Shown piece by piece: positions 39,892-49,922 of a DNA stretch of 57,605 bases. The notes beneath the pieces were generated by a model. The model worked only from the letters and a program-made list of their open reading frames with translations. It was not told where the DNA came from and ran no database searches. This DNA is from Fluviicola sp. (lineage in GTDB: Bacteria; Bacteroidota; Bacteroidia; Flavobacteriales_D; Crocinitomicaceae), in assembly GCA_044377135.1 (NCBI GenBank), contig JBILJP010000001.1:1-57605 (forward strand). Reading direction: 5' to 3'. Position numbers and translations under genes: made by a program. Within the stretch, counting starts at the first letter, position 1; every line of letters begins with the position of its first letter.

Positions 39892-41097
39892 ATGACAACA
39901 ACCAACCTCAAAATAAAGAAAGCACATGATCTGGTAACAGCCCGTTACTCGTTTTCGCTCATCGAAATACGTTTGTTTACGCTTATCGTGAGTATGATCA
40001 AAGACCAGGACGAGGATTTTGAAGCATATAAAATTCCGATCAAACAGGTCATTGATACTTTTTGAATCACCAACAAAAATATCTACGCTGAAATCTCCGA
40101 CCTGACCACCTCCATGCTAAAAAAGATCATCACCATTCCGATAGAGGAGGATGGCAAAAAAAAGGAACTCAAAACCGCCATCGTGTCTTCCTTTAAATAC
40201 AATGTAGATGGTAGAGGAGTCTTGGAGGCAACGTTCAATCCAATGCTGAAACCCTATTTGCTTTCACTCAAAAACAAGTTCTTACTCTACGACATCAAAA
40301 ACATTCTCAAGATTAATTCTGCCCATTCCATTCGTATTTATGAATTCCTGAAGTCGTTCGAAGGAATCGGTAAAAGAGCCGTCGGAGTAGAGGAGTTGAA
40401 AGATATGCTTTGCGTGAGTGACAAATACCGCAAGTATGCCAATTTTAAATCAAGGATACTGCTCAAAGCGCAAGAGGAACTCAAAAAACACACCGATATC
40501 CGGTTTGAGTTTGATGAACTTACCTTTGGCAGAAGAGTAGAGAATATTGTATTCTACATTCATAGTAATAATCGCAAACAGGTAATCGAAGCATCTACAA
40601 CGGAAACTACGGAACCTGACAGACCACAACGACAGCAAACGATTCTTTCCTTTGGTATTTCGGTTATTGTTCTTCAATCGCAGATCTTATCGCTTTATGA
40701 TGATGAATATATTCAGCAAACGCTAGATTATTGTACCAAGTATTTTAAACACACTGCTGTAAAACACAAGAGTGGATTTTTTCTCAAAGCCCTAAAAGAT
40801 GGCTTCTTTACAGGGGATATTAAAATCTCGGAAGTCAACAAGAAGAAAAAGCAGGAGCAATCAAAAAACTATATTGAGAAAAAAGCAGCAGAGGAGTTGG
40901 CGACTGCCGAAAAGGAACAGTTACTTCAAAAGTTGAGAGAGAAGTATCAGACAACCGAATTGATAGAACAGGTTATTTCTCAATTACAAGGCAATCGTTA
41001 TGTGTACCCCGTTATCGTAGAATCTCGAAAAGAAGGTGTGGTACATAAGTATTTGCAAGGGTATGTGGACAGGAGATTGGTGGAGGAGTATGGATGA
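39892..41097 (+). CDS. Rep_3 (RepB-type) replication initiator; full length needs TGA=Gly at codon 58
   Basis: KAHDLVTARYSFSLIEIRLF N-terminus in frame with ORF 40114; DTF*ITNKNIY (TGA 40063); FNP.LKPYLL.LK, HSIRIYEFLK. Confidence 0.88.
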
Positions 41098-41411
41098 TCA
41101 GATCACTCCTCCAAGGAATAGAACAATCTTCTTTGGATTCAAACGAACAGAAAATCTTACATCTTTCACTCCGAATTAACTGACTTGAAATTTTATAAAA
41201 TCAAAGAAACCCCAATTTGAAACTCGCCTTTCAACTCTTTGCACAATGCCACTTGTGCAAAGTAGAAGCGATTTTTACTAATTCGGACTATCCCAAAAAG
41301 TAATTTTTCGCAAGTCTGTTGAACTTTGTTAACACCTATTTTTTACAACGTTCTATCCAAAAGGTTTCATTTCGAAATAATCACATCAATTGCACTTTAC
41401 CAATATTAAGA

Positions 41412-43868
41412 TTATTGAGGTAGTTGTTGTGTTTGTCTACCAATTTTCGGCCCATCTCCTTGCGCTTTTTCATACTTTCCAAATGAGTAGGAAACTTTTA
41501 GCCATACAATTCTTGTGTCGTTTTTCGAATAATTAATGATGTCTATATTCGGGAACGATGTTCTTAAGGTATTTTGATCTTGGTTAAAGATATCGTTGAT
41601 AGAAGCTGATACGCGAAGCTTTCTTTTATAGAACTCGCGCGATATAACTGCTTCTATTCCTGAGCGTTGTCTTGTGAAATCTGAAAGCAGATAAGTTCCT
41701 TTATCTCCTAGCCAAGCATTCACATAAAGTTTGAGTTTCCACGGAAGAATGAATTGCGAATAAAGACCGTAGTACCACAGAGCTCGATTTTCGAACTGAA
41801 GTTCAAGACCAGATACATCCGTTTTTGTTCGACTGGCATATAAATAAACGTAACTCAGGTTTTCGATGTCAAGTGGCTCTTCAAAGAATTTTTTACCCTT
41901 TATAAAGAAGCTGAAGGGAATTGGGAGGGCAAAATACTGTGATGCAACATTAACATTTTTATAGGTCCTAAAGGTTTGAATCGTTGTCAAAGAACCAAGC
42001 TCAGCAATCGTCTGACCTAAGTTTAGGCTCGACGAGTGAGAATAGCTCATGGAAACTTCCAGATAGTCAAAAACAGTTGCCTTGATTTCGAAATTGTCAT
42101 AGAAATTAGGTTGAAGGAAAACATTTCCGACAGACGAGCTATAGCTATCATAATAACCTGTATTGTTGGGGTCAAACTGACTGTAAGAAGGGATTGAAAT
42201 CTTCCTAGAATAGGTCGTTATGAAATTAATATTCGGATAAAGCCTGTAAATCGCATTTGCTGACGGAAAAAAATTGAAATAATTTGACTTCACGTTCGAA
42301 ACAAAATTCGATCTGCGATTCAACGTAAAGTTTTCAGCACGTATCCCAGCACCAATCGTGAATTTCTGTCCGAATCCTTTTTTCAAATCAACATAGGCAG
42401 CAAAATTATTTTCATCATAATCAAAATCTACGTTACTGTTGAACGTCGGGTTATCGAAAATAGATAGGGAAGCGTTTTGCAAATTGTATCGACCGTTGTT
42501 GGAGGCAAACAACCCACTTATTTTGATTCCAGTACTAAGATAGAAATTGGCAGAATCAAAAGGAATTTCCAAATCCGTCCGAACATAAAGTCGTTGCACA
42601 TTAAGATTTGATTCTATAAGACTGTACGTATTTCCTGAATTCTGAAACTGCGCGGTTTTAGTAAGCCCCCCCCCTTGATAACCTGAATAGTTTGCAGTCG
42701 CAGAAAAAACTCGGCGCAACGTATCTATGTTCAATCGGTACTTCAATGTTAATCCATGATTTATACCTCCCCCTTTTACAGAATTATCATTCGAAGCAGA
42801 AATAGCAGGTTGGGCACCTTCCGAGGAGATTTGGGAAGCACCATCGCTGCCAATATTGTTCTGTGACAAGCTATAATTAAGAATCAGAGAAGAACGTGAA
42901 TTGATTGAATAAGTTAGCGAAGGCATAAAATAGAGGAAACGTGATACGCTTCGCCCCTTTCTTTCCGTAATAAAGCGGATTTGCGGATCAAATGAATTAA
43001 AATCTCTTGAATACAAACTTTTAAAGCTACTTTCTAGGTAAGAATAACCTAATTGAAACTGCCATGTTAGCTTTTTGTGCATCCCACTCAACATAAATGA
43101 GGGCTGTATCTTATTGTTCTCGTTCAATCCATAGTTCATGGTAATCGTCCCAGAAATATATTTTGAGACTTTTGCCATGCTAATGATGTTAATGATTCCT
43201 CCGCTAAGGTTTGCGTCGTAGGATGCTCCAGGATTTGAAATGATCTCGATTGTTTCAACCGAAGTTGCAGGAAGACTTCTCAAAAAGTTCAGTAAATCAT
43301 CTCCTGCCAGTGAGCTGGGAACATTTTCAAAATAGACACTCGCTAATTGCCCATTCACGGCAAAGCCACCTCCTGGAAACGGTACAACACCTGGTATTTT
43401 CAAGATCGCGTCGTAGACGCTGCTCGTTGTAAGAACCGGATTGTCTTTTACAGTAACGATTTTCTTGTCAGCATCAATTCGAATGAATTTTCGTCTGATT
43501 CCCGTGATCGTAAACTCGTCCAAGTGTCTTGTTGATGGTTTGAAATCAATATATCCTAGATCGACAATCGAATCAGTGAAAGCATTTGTATTAATTTCAA
43601 TCTGTCCCCTCTCATTATTTTCGTTCGTAACTATGATTCTGAATAACGAATCAGGACTGTTAATAAAGAATTTGAGTTCACATTCAAAAAAAGAAGCGCG
43701 CATAATCAAGCTATCCTTTTCATTGAAGAGGGTAAATACTCCTATTTCCTTATATAGTGAATCACACGGAGCATTTACACTTCCAGTCCTTATAACAAAT
43801 TGACGTACTTGAGAAAATGTCGTATTAAGAATGAATAAAAAGACAAGGCAGGAAATTGATTTATACAT
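41412..43868 (-). CDS. TonB-dependent-like outer-membrane beta-barrel protein
   Basis: LDEFTITG, KIPGV, IEIISNPGASYDA..GGIINI plug; C-terminal VSYSFG. Confidence 0.85.
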   Translation of the reverse strand: MYKSISCLVFLFILNTTFSQVRQFVIRTGSVNAPCDSLYKEIGVFTLFNEKDSLIMRASFFECELKFFINSPDSLFRIIVTNENNERGQIEINTNAFTDSIVDLGYIDFKPSTRHLDEFTITGIRRKFIRIDADKKIVTVKDNPVLTTSSVYDAILKIPGVVPFPGGGFAVNGQLASVYFENVPSSLAGDDLLNFLRSLPATSVETIEIISNPGASYDANLSGGIINIISMAKVSKYISGTITMNYGLNENNKIQPSFMLSGMHKKLTWQFQLGYSYLESSFKSLYSRDFNSFDPQIRFITERKGRSVSRFLYFMPSLTYSINSRSSLILNYSLSQNNIGSDGASQISSEGAQPAISASNDNSVKGGGINHGLTLKYRLNIDTLRRVFSATANYSGYQGGGLTKTAQFQNSGNTYSLIESNLNVQRLYVRTDLEIPFDSANFYLSTGIKISGLFASNNGRYNLQNASLSIFDNPTFNSNVDFDYDENNFAAYVDLKKGFGQKFTIGAGIRAENFTLNRRSNFVSNVKSNYFNFFPSANAIYRLYPNINFITTYSRKISIPSYSQFDPNNTGYYDSYSSSVGNVFLQPNFYDNFEIKATVFDYLEVSMSYSHSSSLNLGQTIAELGSLTTIQTFRTYKNVNVASQYFALPIPFSFFIKGKKFFEEPLDIENLSYVYLYASRTKTDVSGLELQFENRALWYYGLYSQFILPWKLKLYVNAWLGDKGTYLLSDFTRQRSGIEAVISREFYKRKLRVSASINDIFNQDQNTLRTSFPNIDIINYSKNDTRIVWLKVSYSFGKYEKAQGDGPKIGRQTQQLPQ

Positions 43869-44075
43869 TATAGCTTCATTTTAACACAAAAGTATTAAAT
43901 TAATCAACAAAGTTATTTGAACGCAATCGGAAAAATCCCCAACAGTATTATTGAGATAAAATGCCGGTTAATGATAGCTACAACGTGAGAGACCTGAAAT
44001 TGTTTATATTTGTAATCCTGCCAGGATAGTAAAAAATGAATCGCTGCTACAACAGGTTTTGGCATTTTTTTTGAT

Positions 44076-45092
44076 ATGCTAAATATCATACTTATTATGT
44101 GTTTCATGAACAAAGTATTTTTTATCATTCTATTTTTCTCATCCTTTGCGCTACATAGCTCAGGGCAGTCTTTGGTCATCGGTGGTGATTTCGATGATCC
44201 GGCAACAATGCCTGAGAAATATGGTGTGGTCGCTTTGCAAAAAGGATGTTTTCCAGCATACTCTACTCCAGATCTGTTCAATAAAAATTCTACGAAATTT
44301 GGCGTAATTAACCCGTCAGGTAGTCAGGAACCTTATAATGGAGACGGTTATTCTGGATTTCTGGCTAACGAACGTGAACTTACAGGTTTTGCACTCTCAG
44401 AGCGACTAAATCCGGGAGAACGTTATATCGTTTCTTATGCTATTTCTTCCGCAGAAAGCTCTGATTGTGCCTTGACTCCTATAGTTGCCCGCCTTGCCAC
44501 CCGTCCCTACGAGACGATGTATGAAAGCAGAACGCTTCCAGCTTATGTTCGATACGATTCCTATAAATCGCTTCTCAACTTCGAGCATTGGACAGTAGTT
44601 ACGGACACAATAACCGCTAAAGGAGGTGAAGAATACTTAATAATTGGTTATGAGGATCTTGACAGAAAGCACTACACTTGCCGCTCGTATTATTACTTGG
44701 ACAATGTTGTTTTAAAAAGTGTTAACGCTCCCTTGGATGAGCCAGATTCTGTACTTCAGCTTCAGGAGGAGAAGCTCAGCGTATATTACGAAACAAATAA
44801 AATCGATTTGACGGAGAGTGAAAAGTCAAAACTACTTGCATGGGTGGAAACGTTTGCTGATAAGTCCTTGCAGTCTTACACAGTAGTTGGTAGTGCCGAT
44901 CCTCAAGGAAATCGTGAGTACAACGAGACTCTAGCTCTAAATCGGGCCAAAAATGTAATTACATTGCTGGATGCCAATTTGACCTCTATAGTTGCCTCGG
45001 AATATAGCTTTAGTGTTCCTGAAGGTGAATTGCCAGATCAGTATTATCGCCGGGTAGATATAACGATCAGGTTTTACGTCGAACGGGAATAA
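44076..45092 (+). CDS. OmpA-domain protein
   Basis: Signal peptide, GSADPQGNREYNETLALNRA, RRVDI; start probably 44106. Confidence 0.85.
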   Translation: MLNIILIMCFMNKVFFIILFFSSFALHSSGQSLVIGGDFDDPATMPEKYGVVALQKGCFPAYSTPDLFNKNSTKFGVINPSGSQEPYNGDGYSGFLANERELTGFALSERLNPGERYIVSYAISSAESSDCALTPIVARLATRPYETMYESRTLPAYVRYDSYKSLLNFEHWTVVTDTITAKGGEEYLIIGYEDLDRKHYTCRSYYYLDNVVLKSVNAPLDEPDSVLQLQEEKLSVYYETNKIDLTESEKSKLLAWVETFADKSLQSYTVVGSADPQGNREYNETLALNRAKNVITLLDANLTSIVASEYSFSVPEGELPDQYYRRVDITIRFYVERE

Positions 45093-45190
45093 CGATTTTG
45101 TCACCCGTTGATTCGATCAACTATTTTCTAGATTCAACTGTAACTTTCCAATTTCTAATTGAGGTTGTCGCTCAAGTTACCAAATTGATG
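45089..45190 (-). pseudogene. Degenerate duplicate of the LLM gene 3' end
   Basis: High similarity to 45861-45965 (ttttgtcacccRttgattcgatcaactattttct...). Confidence 0.75.
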
Positions 45191-45337
45191 AATCCTACAC
45201 CGGTATATAAAAAATACTTAAAGGTACTTTACACAAAACGGAAGAGATTCACTCCCTCCCATTCGCAGGTTTACTCATTTTGTTTCTAGCAACCAACAGA
45301 AGCTACTTGCTAGCAATTAATGTTCCGTTGGTGAGCT

Positions 45338-45553
45338 TTAGCAAGCCATAGTAATGCACTGTTGAGAATTATCCCCTGGGCCAGGGCACCCTGGCGACAT
45401 TGTAACCCCACAATCTTTGCTCCCCGTCGTTAGGGGTTCGACTGGGCAGTTTCTTGAACCTTTTGCGCCTCCATAGAAGCTTTTCAGTTCATCGTTCTTC
45501 AATTCGGTGATCGTTTTTTTGTCAAAAGACAATTTCTTTTCAATCTTTTTCAT
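45338..45553 (-). CDS. lanA: Class I lanthipeptide precursor A1
   Basis: Leader KKLSFDKKTITEL..ELKSFYGG; Cys/Ser/Thr-rich core. Confidence 0.92.
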   Translation of the reverse strand: MKKIEKKLSFDKKTITELKNDELKSFYGGAKGSRNCPVEPLTTGSKDCGVTMSPGCPGPGDNSQQCITMAC

Positions 45554-45872
45554 TAGATGTATGATTTATAATTAAGTACGCTAAAATAAAAAAATGAGTT
45601 GATAGAATCTAAATCGTACGTTCAATTATATCCTGTAATCATTCGCACCGAAGCTAAAAGGATTTTTGAACACAACGAAACTCTAAATCCGAACCGGACC
45701 GAAAAAGCAATTGTAGTTCTGAATGCCAAACTGACGACCGGGGTGATCTCAAAATGTAACTATATTAACGTGAATGCGGTATAAGAATGCTTTAGAGAGA
45801 ACTCCTTGATCAGTAAATTCGCGGAGTAGAGATAACAATCACATTTTGCGTTGAATTGGGATAACAATTTTG

Positions 45873-46784
45873 TCACCCATTGATTCGATCAACTATTTTC
45901 TGGATTAAACTGTAGCTTTCCAGTTTCTGGTCGAGTTTGTCGCTTAAATCACATATTACCAAATCGGTAACCCCAACATACGTTTGTAATAATCGCTCTA
46001 GCTTTTCTCCAAATAAATCCGGATTACCTCCTAGAACAAATCTATAATTCAGAAGGTATTCGTCAGCAATCTTTTGCGCCTTATCTCCATCGTTTAAACA
46101 AAGTCCCGCAATTGCGATGGCTGTTTCAGGAAGTTCTCGATGCTTTTCGAAGAATAATTCATTGTAACTTCTTATCGAATTTGAGTCAGGCCAATATTCA
46201 CTTTGCCTGTGAAACAAAGACCACGCATAGTTGCATTTGTGCTTCAAACCAAGCTCGAATTTTGAATTTCCAGTAGCTAATATCCATGTACTAGGCTTAA
46301 ATCCAGGTGTGTATGGTGGTGTATAAATCTTTGAAAAAGGATGAGATGTGTCGAACGAATAATCAAAAAAACCGAACAATTCATCGATATTCTTCTCGTA
46401 ACCTAGTCTTACATCCCAGTCTTCCTTATAACCAAGCGCCTGAATTACGCTGCTGGAGCTTGTGCCTGCAGCCAAGCCCATGTCAACACGACCAGGGAAG
46501 ATCGTTTCCAGCAAAGAATAGTCTTGAACAAGTCGTAGCGGCTGATGCAATGCCAATAGATTTCCTGCCGATCCGATCTTGATCGATTCAGTCATGCCTA
46601 AAAGTAATGAAATCAACACCTCTGGGCTTCTCCATGAAGCATCTGCCTCATGGTGCTCCCCTAACCACAGGCGTTTATAGCCTAATTTCTCTATATATGG
46701 AGCAATTTCGAACAAGTCGTTTATTCTGTCCAAATATTGATTCTCTCGTTTGTAAATCCCATTGTCGAGAATAGAAATATGCAT
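45873..46784 (-). CDS. Luciferase-like (LLM) flavin-dependent oxidoreductase
   Basis: GYKRLWLGEHH, IKIGSAG, FPGRVDMG; start reassigned to MHISILD. Confidence 0.9.
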   Translation of the reverse strand: MHISILDNGIYKRENQYLDRINDLFEIAPYIEKLGYKRLWLGEHHEADASWRSPEVLISLLLGMTESIKIGSAGNLLALHQPLRLVQDYSLLETIFPGRVDMGLAAGTSSSSVIQALGYKEDWDVRLGYEKNIDELFGFFDYSFDTSHPFSKIYTPPYTPGFKPSTWILATGNSKFELGLKHKCNYAWSLFHRQSEYWPDSNSIRSYNELFFEKHRELPETAIAIAGLCLNDGDKAQKIADEYLLNYRFVLGGNPDLFGEKLERLLQTYVGVTDLVICDLSDKLDQKLESYSLIQKIVDRING

Positions 46785-46798
46785 GTTCCGTTTGAGTA

Positions 46799-47821
46799 TT
46801 AATAGCCAAGCATTGGGGTCCACCAAATACTTTTGTCAAAGCTAATTGTTTGTATTGCAAGCTCAATCCCCGGCAATCCGAAGAGTAGACTATGATCTAA
46901 TCTGTTCTGAAGTGCGTTCGCTAACCCTTCTCGGTTGGAGGCTAGCTCAGTATGAGAAATTTCGGCCCAAGCCTCACTCGCAGTCAAAAATTCTGGATTT
47001 CCGATTCTTTTGTACGCCACAAAAAATGCTAGAGCAACGCCAGCGAATCCATGGCAGAGAAAGTGGTGCTGAAAAGACGAATTATCGGGACGATATTCGG
47101 CTAACCGCTCAATTACCTGTCTCGCATACTCTTTCCATTCTGCATTTCCAGTAAAAACAGCTATCCGGTATAAGGAAAGAGCTGTGGGTAAGACACCGTA
47201 GCAATAACCATAAATCATGAAACAATCAACTACTCCTCCCTCAAAATCGGACATCCTTTGCTGCATAATCCCTTGAGAAACTAATACGTATCCCAATTTT
47301 TCCAGCAGATGTTTATTCAGTGATAGATTCAGAGCACCCGTCTCAATTCCCTGAGCCAAAAGAGCTGCTATCCCAGCTATTCCATGGCTCAGCCCCCAAT
47401 TAACATACTCTGTTCCGTCTTGGGTGGCATATTTCCAGAGTATTGTTCCGTCTTCAAACTCAATTCCTCTCATAAATAATTCGTCAACTATTTGCTGAGC
47501 TTCGGCATTTTTCTTTTCAGTTAAAAAGAAATGAAGTCTATATAAAAAGGGAGATTTGCAATCAGGGCTATACTGGATGGATTCATCCGTTAAATACAAG
47601 CCAATTTTGGAAGTCAAATCATGATCAGAAATAGGCTGTTCTGGAGCGAAAAATTGTGTTCGGTAAATAAATCCTAATTGAACTATGTGTTTTATCGTAT
47701 CCTTATAAACCTTACCCTCTAATAATTTGTCAAGTATGTGTTCGATATAATCACGATCATTGGGGTTGGCCAAAATCCGAGACAATATTTTTTCATCGAA
47801 ATCATCAGGATGGTTCATCAT
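46799..47821 (-). CDS. lanC: Second, shorter LanC-like cyclase
   Basis: GLSHGIAG, YCYG, LCHGFAG, LLFG.PG motifs. Confidence 0.82.
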   Translation of the reverse strand: MMNHPDDFDEKILSRILANPNDRDYIEHILDKLLEGKVYKDTIKHIVQLGFIYRTQFFAPEQPISDHDLTSKIGLYLTDESIQYSPDCKSPFLYRLHFFLTEKKNAEAQQIVDELFMRGIEFEDGTILWKYATQDGTEYVNWGLSHGIAGIAALLAQGIETGALNLSLNKHLLEKLGYVLVSQGIMQQRMSDFEGGVVDCFMIYGYCYGVLPTALSLYRIAVFTGNAEWKEYARQVIERLAEYRPDNSSFQHHFLCHGFAGVALAFFVAYKRIGNPEFLTASEAWAEISHTELASNREGLANALQNRLDHSLLFGLPGIELAIQTISFDKSIWWTPMLGY

Positions 47822-47928
47822 AGCGTCACAAAACAACTAATTGAAGTCTTGCTAAGACTTTCAAGGTATAATTTATGAAAATGGGAAAGAATTAATCTTT
47901 CCCATTGACACACTAAATTGATTTATTT

Positions 47929-48171
47929 CTAGCAAGTAACAGAAGCAGCAGACTCACAGTTAATGTTCGGCTGGCAACAGCTTTGAACTTGAGTAATAGC
48001 TGTTTCACACCCTGCCATTGTTGCAATGCAGTCTTTGGTTCCCATAGTTGCTGGTTTAACTGGACAATTTCTTGAACCTTTTTCTCCTCCGTAGAAGTTT
48101 TTCAGTTCGTCGTTCTTCAATTCGGTGATAGTTTTCTTGTCAAAAGACAACTTTTTTTCAATCTTTTTCAT
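47929..48171 (-). CDS. lanA: Class I lanthipeptide precursor A2
   Basis: Leader nearly identical to A1; 7 Cys in the core. Confidence 0.92.
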   Translation of the reverse strand: MKKIEKKLSFDKKTITELKNDELKNFYGGEKGSRNCPVKPATMGTKDCIATMAGCETAITQVQSCCQPNINCESAASVTC

Positions 48172-48289
48172 TAGATATGATTTATAATTAAGTGCGTTAA
48201 ATTATAAAAAAAATAATCGTGTTGTTTTATTCTGATACAATACACCTCAAAATTTGTAATTTTTACAAATGGCTAAAAAAGTGATTCTG

Positions 48290-48530
48290 GACTAGTCATC
48301 ACAGTTCAGATTTAACTTACAATTCTGTATCCACAAGATATACAGGTCGTTGACTCAATACTAATGCACTGTTGATACTGCTTCTGCGCTTAGCAGATAA
48401 CAGTATACGCTCTCTGCTACTTTGGTCATCCAAATAAACAAATTTCAGAAGCTTTTTCTATTTTGTAAGAATCTTTCAGCTCACCATTCTTCAATTTAGT
48501 GATCGCTTTCTAGCCAAATGACATTTCTTC
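48290..48530 (-). pseudogene. Decayed third precursor
   Basis: SFG*KAITKLKNGELKDSYKIEKASEIC matches the leader; downstream QQCISIESTTCISC; stops and frameshifts. Confidence 0.65.
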
Positions 48531-48732
48531 GAGGATGAGTACTTTTTATACACTCAAAACGCGAAAAATTAGCCAAATCATTTTCCTCAAAAGAAATACT
48601 GCTAACCCTTGAGCATTTACTCTATTACATTTATCCCAACAGATTCTAGTAAATAGTCATAGTTGTTGAATTTATTCCTCAAAGCCAACAATACTCAGTT
48701 GGATTTTATAAAATTGTTATTTTTACCTCCTA

Positions 48733-49905
48733 ATGAAGGCAACTAACGTTCAAATACAACAATCCCTAAATTGGCTAAAAAACAGCCTCAAATCAGAAAG
48801 CACTAATCGAGGTCACGGATACATGACTGGGAAGACTGGTGAAATTCAATTTCTGTTCTCCTATGGAGAACATAATCAGGATACCTCTGCGACGGATCTT
48901 GCGCATACTAAATTGGATGAATTGCTTTCAGAAAACATTACGACCTTTTCTTATGCTGAAGGATTGACGGGGATAGGCGTTTTATTACTTCAGCTGAGAG
49001 CAGATCGCTTCATCGATATCGACGACGATTTTTTTACTGACATGGATGTTCAGATCAAGGAATTGTTATTCAGTGATTTGGATAAAAACAACTTCGATTT
49101 TTTCTATGGCGCCAATGGCTACATGCTTTATTTTCTCGAGCGAAATGACCTTTCTCTGCTAAATAAAATTGTAGATCAGTATTTGAATGCTGTTGAACGA
49201 ATGCTCTCAAATGAAAACTTGCTATATAGTCAAGTAAGTCATGCAACTCCGAATGGCGATGCTATGATTTCCGCAATCAATCTAGGTATTCCTCACGGTT
49301 TGTGTAGTACAATTCTATGCCTTGTGGAGCTTTCTGCAAAAATGCCGGATTTCAGAGATTTGATCAAAGTTTCATTGGAAAAAATTTTCTCGATAATCAT
49401 AAAAGGAAAAAATCCTGACGGCTACAAATCAGTTTATCCATCGGTTCTAGTTCCAGAAAGCCCAGGCGGTAGCCGGCTTGCGTGGTGTTACGGCGATCTG
49501 TGCCTAGCAACAGCTCTTGTTTCGGCTGGCCAATGTTTTGAAAACGACGAATGGTTGGACGAAGGAAGGTTCGTAGCCAATAAAGCTGCGGCGAGAAAAC
49601 TAGATTCATCTGGAATCAGGGATGCTGGACTTTGTCACGGTTCTGCCGGGATTGCTGCTATTTTCGGAAAGCTCGGACGTCAGCTATCAGATGAGACGCT
49701 CTTTGAGACGGAACAATACTGGATTGAAGAGACTTTGGAACAATTGAATAACAATAAAGGAACAAGTTACATGAGCTTTTCCGGTTCAAAAGATGATTGG
49801 GTAGTGAACAATGGCCTACTTGAAGGAAGTTCGGGAATTGGTTTAATGCTATTGGATAAAAGCGGTTATGCTAAAAATTCATGGCTTCGATCATTCCTAT
49901 TATAA
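48733..49905 (+). CDS. lanC: Lanthionine cyclase
   Basis: GIPHG, AWCYGD, LCHGSAG, GLLEG. Confidence 0.93.
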   Translation: MKATNVQIQQSLNWLKNSLKSESTNRGHGYMTGKTGEIQFLFSYGEHNQDTSATDLAHTKLDELLSENITTFSYAEGLTGIGVLLLQLRADRFIDIDDDFFTDMDVQIKELLFSDLDKNNFDFFYGANGYMLYFLERNDLSLLNKIVDQYLNAVERMLSNENLLYSQVSHATPNGDAMISAINLGIPHGLCSTILCLVELSAKMPDFRDLIKVSLEKIFSIIIKGKNPDGYKSVYPSVLVPESPGGSRLAWCYGDLCLATALVSAGQCFENDEWLDEGRFVANKAAARKLDSSGIRDAGLCHGSAGIAAIFGKLGRQLSDETLFETEQYWIEETLEQLNNNKGTSYMSFSGSKDDWVVNNGLLEGSSGIGLMLLDKSGYAKNSWLRSFLL

Positions 49906-49922
49906 ACTGAATAAGAATTAAT

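Noticed and set aside
19554-40065. Ordinary pseudogenisation as the cause of the internal stops
   Set aside because: All 14 internal stops in five ORFs are TGA, with no TAA/TAG or frameshift, and several fall on motif glycines; the genuine relics here (19381, 48290) show mixed lesions
19554-40065. TGA=Trp (code 4) or selenocysteine
   Set aside because: The motif positions require Gly (FPGG, EEVG, YGGK, GLG), not Trp or Cys
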